A DNA stretch of 64,000 bases. It comes from Chrysomallon squamiferum (Eukaryota > Animalia > Mollusca). Below are positions 52,206 to 64,000 of the stretch, in pieces. Location: contig CM022667.1 in assembly GCA_012295275.1 (NCBI GenBank), positions 19,096,001 through 19,160,000 of the forward strand, written 5' to 3'. The position numbers were made by a program, and so were the translations under genes. The notes beneath the pieces were generated by a model. That model searched no databases. It was given only the letters and a program-made list of their open reading frames with translations, and was not told the origin of the DNA. The first letter of the stretch is position 1, and every line of letters starts with the position of its first letter.

Positions 52206-52418
52206 TGATGTTGTTGTAGCAATAACAATAGTAATATTGGATAGCAGTAACAGCAGTAGGAGTGGCTGTAGCAGTTGTAGTAGCTGTTGTAATAATAGTA
52301 GAACAAGTAATCGTATTAACGGTAATAACAATGGTTCTAGTTTAAGTAACTATCTATTCGCCTGTCTGAAAATATTTTAATACCAAATCTTTACTTTTTA
52401 AAGCCAAATAAAATCACG

Positions 52419-52450
<32 letters not shown>

Positions 52451-52877
52451 TCACGTTTAATCTTATTTCAATGAAAGTTTAAAATTAATCTCATGGATTA
52501 CTTGCAGCAGACGTCGAAAAGGAAAACAGGAAGTCGTCTGCGTGGGTATTTATATCCCAGCAAAAGAACATCTACACTTCAACACGACGTTTTACAACGT
52601 AACCCATCGTGAAAATTACGTGATACCAGAAAAACCAATTTAAAGGGATCAACCTGGCTTTGATACCGTATCGATCGCAATCCCGTTCATTGTGGTACTA
52701 TTGATCACACGCGGATGAATATCCCAACAACGACTATGTATGTATAATGATAATCGGAAATAAATTCGCGATTGTAGCGTGGTAAAATAAAAAGTAAAAA
52801 GTTCTGGAATAAACAAACAGTTTAACATTGTAGTCGAAACAGGTGCGCGTATTGTGTAAACAAAACTGTGTCTGCAA

Positions 52878-52917
<40 letters not shown>

Positions 52918-53073
52918 TAATAATAAAAATTCAGATAAAATAATAATACAAAAATGTTTTATTCAGTTACTTTAGAAATAAGAAGATAACATAATTTTAA
53001 AAAAAATTTTAGATGTTAACATTTTTAAAATTAAATATTGATGCATTATATCATACACATACATATATATATA

Positions 53074-53126
<53 letters not shown>

Positions 53127-53744
53127 TACGGATATACAAACAAATATATAGATTCTCTATCCATTTTTACACACAGTCAAACACAAATATCCAAACATCA
53201 CAAATAAAAAAAACACAGACCCTGTTTTGTTTTTTCTCTCTCTCATACTCATGCAAAGTTAATATGCGCTCACAGACACACACATACACGCACATACACA
53301 TACAGAACATACCCAGCCGGTTATACACACACTTACCCCAAAACAAAGATGTATGTATAAGAAAACAAAACGTGTTACCCGCTCGACAAGGTGTAATTAA
53401 TATGCAAAAAAAGGGAATTTAAAACGAGGCTGCGCAGGGGCGTAACCTTATAACAATGTTCCTATTAAACCCTTGCTAAATGCGTATAATTAAATTTACA
53501 TAACATTTTAAAAAAACAGCAGCATTTTTTTTTAATAATGCACATAGGAAGCGGAGAAAAGAATAACAGCTTCTTGTTAAAAAATAGAAAAGTTTAATAA
53601 TAAAAATCAATAAAATTTATTTTCGTTAGATGTTCGTTTGAGATTACACTGTAACTGGTAACAGCTGTTACGTGACAAGGACAAACATAAACTCACATGT
53701 TATGTAGTATATTTAGTTTCTCCCAGCACACATAGTACATTCAT

Positions 53745-53809
53745 AGTACACACACACATACACACAGACATACGTATATACATATATATATATATATATA
53801 TACACATAC

Positions 53810-53842
<33 letters not shown>

Positions 53843-53883
53843 CATATATATATATACAGACACATACACACATACATACGTAT

Positions 53884-53946
<63 letters not shown>

Positions 53947-54085
53947 GAGAGACAGATATATAGATAGATGGATAAACAGAAGATATATATGTATAGATAG
54001 ATAGATAGATAGATAGATAGACAGATAGATAGATAGATAGACAGACAGAAGAGATATAGATATAGATAACGATATACACACATAT
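53745..54085. repeat. Compound (CA)/(TA)n/(GATA)n microsatellite
   Basis: Read directly. Confidence 0.9.
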
Positions 54086-54426
54086 GCAAAGTAATCAACT
54101 GTGTATTAATATATTAGTTCTTTCGTGGAATAAAGGTAACAGTACTGAAAGGTATATCATTATATTTATTCATGAAATCAATAAAACTGCACTCACAATA
54201 TCATTAAGATAAATACATTAAAAAAAAAAAAAAATACATAAATAATAAATAAATAAATAAAATACTAAAAACCTACAACTAAAAAAAAAAAAAAAAAAAA
54301 AAAAAATTGCAAAAAAAACCAACAAAACAAAACAACCCCAAAACAACAAACGGCAATAACATACACACATACACATAAAATATATACACACAACACACAT
54401 ACACACACACTCACATACACACACAC

Positions 54427-54457
<31 letters not shown>

Positions 54458-55081
54458 CACTTGTATACACACTCACATACACACACACATACACACACAC
54501 ACATATATATACACACACACACACACTTGTATGTAATTATATATATAAGATATAGGCAACATGCTGTATTCGCTGCTGTGACGTACAGTAATATTTGACA
54601 CGCGACTGAAGTAAGTGATCAGCGTGTTTTCAATTACATCACATTGTTATTTGTATTGTGATTAGTACGCAGCACACTGATCACCACAAAAGAATCTTTC
54701 AGAACGTTCGAGGCGTGTCGTCACAGGTGTTAGAAGTGTATGTGGGTGGTGCCTAATATTTCGTTGGTGCAAATAAGAAATAAAAATGAAATATGTAAGT
54801 AAAATGTATTTTTTTAAATTTAAATAATTGTTTTTTTTATTTTATTTTACAAAGAAAAGGTATTAAATCAATATGAACTAAATGATTTTAATTGTAGCAT
54901 GAATGGATTTTAATATCTGTAACAGAAACTTACATGCATACATGTGTGTGTGTGTGTTTATGTGTGTATATATGTATGTACAAACACACGCACACACACA
55001 CATATATAGATGCATATATATGTGTGTGTGTGTGCATATATGTGTATGTGTGTGTGAATATATAATCTATCTATCTATCTA

Positions 55082-55113
<32 letters not shown>

Positions 55114-55664
55114 CGCACATACTTGCATTCCATACACATATACAAGCATATATACATTCAATCACACATACGTTCGTAAATACACAATGCATGTAGGTGA
55201 ATAGATAAATGAAAAGATACAACCCATAAAACTCCTCATGTACACACACACACGCTAAATACTTGAACAGATATAAAAAACAAAATACTAATTTATTACG
55301 AAACACTAACTGAAGTTTTCACTAAGTGCACTTTCAAAAGGTTTATTTTTAGATGGACAAAATTAGATTTTAGAAAGTGAAGACAAAATTTGAAGCTCTA
55401 ATCGCCCCCAGCCATTAGGAATTTAATCACCTACGAAATACAATTAATTTAATAAACCACAGAGACACTGCGGCCTGCCCCTGGCATTACAAACAAGAGA
55501 CTTTTAAAATATCTCGACATCGCTGCAAACGGAACCAGCATCATCTGTGAACCCAGACAATTAAACAGTGGACAACAGAGTTCTGTTCTGCAGTTAGCAC
55601 GAGGGATGTGTCAGTTTGTATATCTGTGTCTACATCTCTTTGTTGTATGAGTATGAAATGTATT

Positions 55665-55721
<57 letters not shown>

Positions 55722-56321
55722 AAAGAAAGTGCGAAAAAAAGACCAGTATATACATAAATAAACAGACAAACAGACAGACAGACAAGCAGGACAAAATGAC
55801 AGCTAGAAAGACATATATTATTCATTAAACAATGTATAAATAGATAGATAGATGGATTATACAGATGGACAGACAGCCATACAGACAGCCATACAGACAA
55901 ATACACATACATATATATGCATACACACATACGAAATATACACATAAATAGATAGATAGACAGGCAGACATAGAGATAGATAAATGTTTTAAAAGCTTTG
56001 TGTGAGTTTTGTAACTAAATGAATATTATTTCTTGCTATTTAAAATGACGGTATTTTGTTGATACGACGTTTTGTGCAAATTGGCACATTTAACGATAAC
56101 TCGATACACCATCAAATGACAAAATGTCAGCCAGTGAGTAACACTCAGAAGCTGCTGTGGTTATAATTACTAACAGAGACACAACTAAATACAAAACTGT
56201 GCACTCAGACTGTGAGGTCATCATCGACAAAATGCCGGTTTCGTCTGACATTAAATTGAAATTAATTAGAGTGTTATTACACGAAAACGCTGACCAAAAT
56301 ATCCCTGACTAAAATAAGCAC

Positions 56322-56364
<43 letters not shown>

Positions 56365-56773
56365 GTTGTTGTTGTTGTTGCTGTTGCTGTTGTTTTATTG
56401 CTGTTGTCGTTGTTGTGATTGTTGTATTTGTAGTAGTAGTAGTTGTTGCTGCTGCTGTTGTTGTTGTTATTAATATTTTATATAAAATTGATAGAGCACA
56501 ACCCTTAATCATTTATTAAGTTTCAGAAGTAATTTAACATTAATGTGTTTTCGTATAAAAACGACAGATTTTGTAACGTAACATATCATCAGTAAAATCC
56601 CAAATGCATTCGTTGACACACATAAATGAGTGTGGGAAAGGTCTGCTTAATAACAGCTTGATTTGATCAACACCGTGCTACATTACTTTGTTCCTTATCT
56701 CATCTCAAACACTGAATCTTACCCACATAAAATACAAGAAATTTTGTATCCTTTCAGTACTGTCTTTGTTTCT

Positions 56774-57203
56774 GAATAACGTCTTCTTTATTATTATTAT
56801 TATTATTATTATTATTTTATTTAGTTTAGAATAATGTTTGTTTTTATTATTACATAAAATTTAGAATAACGTCTGTTTTCATTGTTACTTATAGTTTATA
56901 ATAACGTTTAAAAAAAAAAAAAAAAAAAATTATTACATATATTTTAGAATAACATCTGTTTTTTTATTATTACATTTGTTTAGAATAACGTCTTTTTAAA
57001 AATTATTATATAGAGTTTAGAATAAGGTTTGTTTAGATTATTACATATAGTTTAGAATAACGTCTTTTTATTATTATATTTTATTTAGAACATCATCATT
57101 TTTATATATATATAATTTATAATAACGTCTATTTTTTATTTATTACACACAGTTAGAATAACGTCTTTTTATTATTACATATAGTTCAGAATTACGTCTT
57201 TTT
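56774..57203. repeat. Degenerate ~35-bp tandem repeat (about 12 copies)
   Basis: Recurrent TTATTACATATAGTTTAGAATAACGTCTTTTT. Confidence 0.85.
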
Positions 57204-58507
57204 CTGTTTCTAAGATTTAGATAACATTTTGCTCTGTATGGCTTCACTACACGTATCTTCGCTGTACCAGTAAATATCAGTTGGCAATTAAAGCACGCGC
57301 AGACTGGAAGACTGTCTTGTTACAAGCATAAAGCTTTATAGATTTTACCTGTGAGCTTCGCCAATAACTGAGTCGAACACGACTTTGAGTGTGTGATATA
57401 AATATTAATAAAGATCACACAAATAACAACGTACAGCATTGTTTTAGGTCGTATTTTCTGAGTTAATTAAACCTCTCGTATTATTAATTTATTTATTTAC
57501 GTTTTTGATTCTCAACTACAGATTCTCGTCTGTTACTTTCGTAAATGCAGACGGTTAAGAAAAATCGTACATCAAGCGCAGATAACTCCGATCAAATTTA
57601 ACAGCTACGCAATAAACTCGTTCAGCGAAACAAAATATCATCACAGCATTTCTTTCGCATAGTATAATAATACATGTATATATATATATATAAAATAATA
57701 ACGCCAAAAAATCTTACCTTCCTTCTGCGTGCTGTTTTGTCGTTTTACTTTCAGGGATTGCGAGGCAGAGAGAAACAAACACCTGTTGCATTTATGCTGA
57801 CGACAGCTGTCACCGCTGCAGATAGGCGAAAATCAATACAAAGCGATTTAAAATAATTCATACTTTAATCAAAATGCGCCGTTTTACGTTAATAAGATGA
57901 ACTGGCGATTTGATATAGACTCGTAGCTTTTCGTATATTTATATATCTTGGCATTTAGACATATTTAATAATAGACATTCTAATATATATATTGTTGGTT
58001 ATATATATGACAAATAGATACACATATATGCACAACTGATATGAGCTCATACATTTTCATGTTAAATATATTTAGACATACCTGATAATAACTCACAGGT
58101 TAAAACACACACAACACACACACACATTCACACAAAACATATCGGGTACATATAATATAAATAATTACATAGAAACTAACAAATAAAAACACATCGACTC
58201 ATGCATCAGTAATTATTATTAAGCTACGTAGATTTAAACGTTCCCCAATAAACAAACGCTCACACAAAAATACACGTACTTCCAAATTAATAATTTTCCA
58301 CAGACATAGAAACCACACACAAATATGTACTTAAACCCTTTTGACAATATGCTAATAACGAAATACACAAACATCAATAAACATAAAATTTAGAAGCATA
58401 AATATACGTCAATAAACACAAAAATATATAAACCACCCACACACACACGCACACACTCACACAGAGAGATATTATACATAAAAGCATACCTACATACATG
58501 TGTATAC

Positions 58508-58548
<41 letters not shown>

Positions 58549-58737
58549 AAACACAAATTAAAGCATGCAGTCAAACATAGCCTCACGTTAAATATTTATA
58601 GAAATTTTATACGTATATACATTATATAGATAATTATATAATTACACACACATATAGATAATTATATAAAACACAATCTAAAATGTACATTCAACTGTAT
58701 CGTCATGTTATATATATATAGAGAGAGAGAGAAAATA

Positions 58738-58791
<54 letters not shown>

Positions 58792-59689
58792 AAATAAAGA
58801 TATATAGGCACATAGAACCATAAATACATCGTACCTTCTGAGTACGTCAAGCGAACTGCACACAAATTACTCCCACGACGGAAAACAGTTTTAATTCCAC
58901 TGAACGCGCAGCCGCCACGTCTAGTCTGGACTAACTGAATTCTCTCTCTCTCTTCAGACCTCACTCGTTTTCCTCAGAGTCTCGTGACTGAGAGACCCTG
59001 GAGGAAGCGTTAACACGACCGGACAGCAACTAGTTTATCTAATTTCCCGATCTAGACTCAGAGGCATCGCAGATGAGGGGAAAAAAAACAACAACAACTA
59101 GAGATCAATATGCAATTACCTTTCACACTGCCAGCGAGTTTAGTGACCGCGAGTGCCTCACAGATCAGCCAGTGTTTATAAATAACAGCAGACAGGACCT
59201 TTAATCTAGTGTTTACTTAGACGTCAGACTAGTACTAGTAGCTAATTATCTAAATTTGTTTACGTGGTCTTGCATTTGTTTGTATATGTCTGTATATGTA
59301 TGTATATGTCTTTATATGTATGTATATGTGAGTGTGTGTATGTTTATGTTTGTATTTAAGTATATGTGTATATATATATTTGTATTTGTAAATATAACGA
59401 GGAGCTAATTATCTAATATATTATATGTGTGTATAGTCTTCATTTGTTTGTGTATTTGTATGTGTATGTGTGTATAAGTTTTATTCGTGTGTGTAAGTAT
59501 GAGTTGTATTTCTATGCATATATTCGTATTTATGTCTATGTTTATATTTAACACATGATAGTACTTGTAATATACCTACTTTAATTAATCATAAAGTCTA
59601 GATAGATATTCCACCGAGAATTGTTCACTGTCTAATACATTTATGTGTATATATGTAAGTATGTATATATATGTATGTATGTATGTATG

Positions 59690-59723
<34 letters not shown>

Positions 59724-60282
59724 TGTATGTATGGATGGATGGATGGATGGATGGATGGATGTATGTAGTATGTTTGTATATATCTATGTATTCATGTATA
59801 TATGCATGTAAGTATGTATGTAAATAAATATTATGTATGTATATATGCATGTATGTACCTGCTGATCTATGTATATAATGTACTTATGTATGTATATGTA
59901 ACAGATACACGGACATGAATTCATAAATATTTCATCTCACTGCTGACTACAATAGAAAAACGTATTATTAGTTTCTATGGTTACGGAATGAGACTTAAAA
60001 GGAGTAACGTCTGAATTAATATTTTGACGGTGATGAAACAGGTATTAGCGGACACTGGCGAGGATTGATCGTTTGACCTTTCACGCCCGAGTCAGACATG
60101 CTGACGTGGAACTGCAAGCAATTACTACTGGAAATCTATTTATTGGGAATCGTCTGCGTGTGGTTAATGTCCGTGTTAATTACACTCTGAGTACTTGTGT
60201 CATATGTGAAACGCTCATTTCAGTGCAAAGCACCGTCAGCAGATTTCCAGTTCATGTCTTGCTGAATTACAAAATAATAATA

Positions 60283-60651
60283 TAGCAACATTAACATCCT
60301 ACTAAAACAATACTGAGGAAACAGTATGGACATTACCATTATGTTTTAAACAATAGCGTGTGTGTGTCTATGCATATATATATATATATATATAAAATAC
60401 AGCAAAATTAACATCCTACTAAAACAATACTGAGCAAATAGCATCGACATTAACATTGTGTTTTAAACAATAGTGTGTGTGTGTGTGTTATACTGTATAT
60501 ATATATAATACAGCAACATTATCATCCTACTAAAACAATACTGAGCATTAAGTATCGACATTAACATTGTGTTTTAAACAATAGCGTGTTTGTGTCTATG
60601 TGTATATATATATATATATATATAAAATACAGCAACACAGACATCCTACTA
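60283..60651. repeat. ~115-bp tandem repeat (3 copies plus a partial) with internal (GT)n(AT)n
   Basis: AGCAACATTAACATCCTACTAAAACAATACTGAG...GTTTTAAACAATAG recurs near 60283, 60400, 60511 and 60630. Confidence 0.88.
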
Positions 60652-60976
60652 TGGAACCCTTTGGAAAAAAAATGTATTATTATCACCAGTATTAATGATA
60701 AAATAACTGGTATTTCCCAACATTAATTGCTGGGTGTCGTTTTACCCGCGAGCTCTCTGTTTGTATAAACCGTTCAGTTTATTTTGTTTAACTGTATCAC
60801 ACAGGTCGTTATTTATTATTGAGCAGAATATCAAACACTTGTTATTTTTAATATACTCTCTTCAGAACAAGTCTATCTATCTCCCTATCTGTCTGTCTAT
60901 CTATCTTTCTATCTATCTATCTATCTGTCTATCTGTCTATCTATCTATCTATCTATCTATATCTATATATATATCC

Positions 60977-61008
<32 letters not shown>

Positions 61009-62549
61009 GTCTATCCATCAGTCTGTCTATCTGTATATCAATCTATGAAACGTAATATGAAACTTCATACAGTCAGGACAGCATATACCAGTGTTTTTGA
61101 TCAGCTATTATCACTGTACACAAGTGTAAATGACAGGCTGCATATTGGAGAAATAAAAAGTTCCGATCTTTCAGCTTACCATGTCCAGTTTTCTAACTCG
61201 TGCGCGCATGCTCAGTACCACAGACTTTTGGTATGACTGCCACAGAATCGGTCTCAAATGAGGAGTCTCACGTGGGATATTTCTCGCTCAGTCAAAACAT
61301 TCATCTGTAATGTGTCTGTGTGTCTTCTGAACGTGTTTTCCTTCGTCTGTGGGGAGCTGAATGTCAAAAGCTGATGTTAATCAATAGCGCACTTGAAAAG
61401 ATGACTGAATTATATGAAGTGGATTTACTGTTTCTTTAAGCATTTGCAGAGTCATTGAAAAGGAGAAAAAAAAATTATTGGTGTCTCAGTGAGTTGACAA
61501 TGGTTGTTAAGTTTTTTTTTTTTTTTTTTTTTTAACAAGGAAGAGATAATAATAATTTGTAGCTGGCAACTAATTCAGATGAACATTATGTTGCGTTAAT
61601 TCCGTTTGGCACTTCCTCCTTATTTGACAAAGCTCTGGGGAAGTATTTATTTTATTTTTAATACAGGAAAATAATGTTCAGTTTGATACCAAGTAATGGA
61701 CTTCGTGGGTCAGTTGGGCATCAGAGATAAGTTAAAAATGACCTGATGAGTGAATGTGTGAATCAGTGGGCTAGGATTTGCAATTATAGAACTGTATTTA
61801 ATTTTAACATAACTGAAAAGGATAATACAGTATAAACCATTGTTTTTTTCTGTTTCTTTCTTTCCTTTTATCGTTTTGTGTATAACTTTTACGTAATAAA
61901 CTACTAATTAAGATTATTTACAAGTAATATTAATATTTCAATCATCATATGAAATTTGTTATGACTAGACATAGTCACTAAAAATAATTTTAAAAACATA
62001 TTTCACGTAGTTATAAGGGAGACAAATCTTTTTCTTTATAATCATTTAAGAGTTGTCTAACATTATACGCTTTTACAGCTAGAATATATATTTTTGCATG
62101 AAAATTTCTTCAAAATTTTCATTTTTTTACTCGAATTAATGAATTTTCACAAATCAGTGATTAAAAACACATAAAAACACCTCAAAGTTGAAACTAAATA
62201 TTTTAGTGATGCTAAGATTAAGTTACAATTTTCCTAAATTCACAATTTGTAATTTGCAAGGATAGTTAAACTATATATTTTTTTTCTGTTGGATTCGAGC
62301 AGCAAATGTTTGCTGATATTAAAATATTTCAATAAAATAAGAAAGTGGGTTGGCGGACATGCGCAGAGGTGAACATTTTGATTTTTAAAAATGACTATCA
62401 TATCGTTCAGAATTCAACACTAAAAAAAACAACAATAATAAAAATAATAATAATAAAAATAATAAGAAGAAAACAATAATTTAAAAAAATATATAATTTT
62501 TTTTAAAAATAAAAAAATAAAAATAAAAGGTGATGAATATTTATGTGTA

Positions 62550-62851
62550 CAGGTACCGGACCAATTATCCGGACTCCTTGGGGTCTGAGGCATTCCGGAT
62601 TTCTGGATTTTCGGTAAATAATTAGGTATAAACGTTTTAAAATTAAAAACATAAAAGAAAACTGACATACCACAACCCGAAACGTAAACAATGCGGCGAG
62701 TGAATGAACGCCACGCGGCTTGAAAGAGTACTTCCGGCCTGGCGAGGACAACACCCGCGCGCGCAAACCATGAAAATAGCGTCGGGTAAAAAAATTCCGG
62801 TTTTCTGGTCATTCCGGATTTCAGGACGCCGAATAATTGGTACGGTACCTG
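62550..62851. mobile_element. Non-autonomous Tc1/mariner-pogo-type DNA transposon (MITE, 302 bp)
   Basis: 23-bp terminal inverted repeats CAGGTACCG(G/T)ACCAATTAT(C/T)CGG with 2 mismatches; TA on both sides (62548-62549 and 62852-62853); subterminal TCCGGA/TTCCGG repeats; no transposase ORF. Confidence 0.85.
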
Positions 62852-62861
62852 TATATATATA

Positions 62862-62951
<90 letters not shown>

Positions 62952-63214
62952 ATATGTATCTGGGTATATCTATCTATTTGTCTAATCACCTGTGCATATT
63001 TCGCGAGACTTTCACGTTCACTAATAATTATAAATACTCAAGGTTTAGATGACCTGTGCCAGCGTTCAGAATACAGTGTGAAATTGTTTACTTTGAGAGC
63101 GCCGTAACATTTCACAGAAGATTATAAATCGATGTTTAAAAGCAGACTGATAAAAGCTTTCAGAAATAATCAGCTTTTTATACTACTCTTCTTTACTTGT
63201 TGACCTGCTACATA

Positions 63215-63736
<522 letters not shown>

Positions 63737-64000
63737 CGCTACTATCTTTGCACTGTTGTTCTATTCATTATCACTTTCTCTTATTTTAATTTTTTTTTCT
63801 CTTTTGTCTTTCTCTTTCTCGTGTTCTGCCAAATTAACATATAGCAGAAAGAAAATAAATGGTAGTTGACAATTTGATAATTGTAGCCTGGAGAAAAGTT
63901 ACACGTTTACACACGAAATGATGTAATTATCGCAGTGAAAGAAGAGAAAGATGTCAGAGAGAGAGAGAGAGAAAAAAAATGATAATAATAATAAAAAGGG

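Noticed and set aside
56774-57203. Repeat array with about 35-bp period, considered as CRISPR
   Set aside because: The intervening sequences are homologous to one another, so this is a degenerate tandem repeat.

Overview
AT-rich, microsatellite-dense animal genomic DNA with spliceosomal introns. The sequence style suggests an invertebrate, probably a mollusc or other lophotrochozoan, but the taxon is an inference. Four minus-strand genes can be assembled by hand from phase-consistent splice sites. (1) The 5' part of an Ajuba/LIMD1/WTIP-family LIM gene, with exons 18122-16460 and 5068-4967; no further exon was found, so the gene probably continues beyond the window start. (2, 3) Two adjacent, diverged paralogues (28462-23625, 229 aa; 38653-35490, 231 aa) with the same 5-coding-exon architecture. 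Each appears to encode two tandem DUF1330-like (dimeric alpha-beta barrel) domains, a family known mainly from prokaryotes. (4) A 349-aa CRAL-TRIO/Sec14-like gene (49961-45095) with a probable GC-AG intron. The window also holds a TA-flanked MITE, a Tigger/pogo relic, several minisatellites and many microsatellites; most long ORFs in the supplied track are microsatellite artefacts. The most interesting item is the double-DUF1330-like gene pair, which has X-box/forkhead-like motifs near its candidate promoters and duplicated splice acceptors. Domain calls come from motif recognition by eye and need HMM confirmation.
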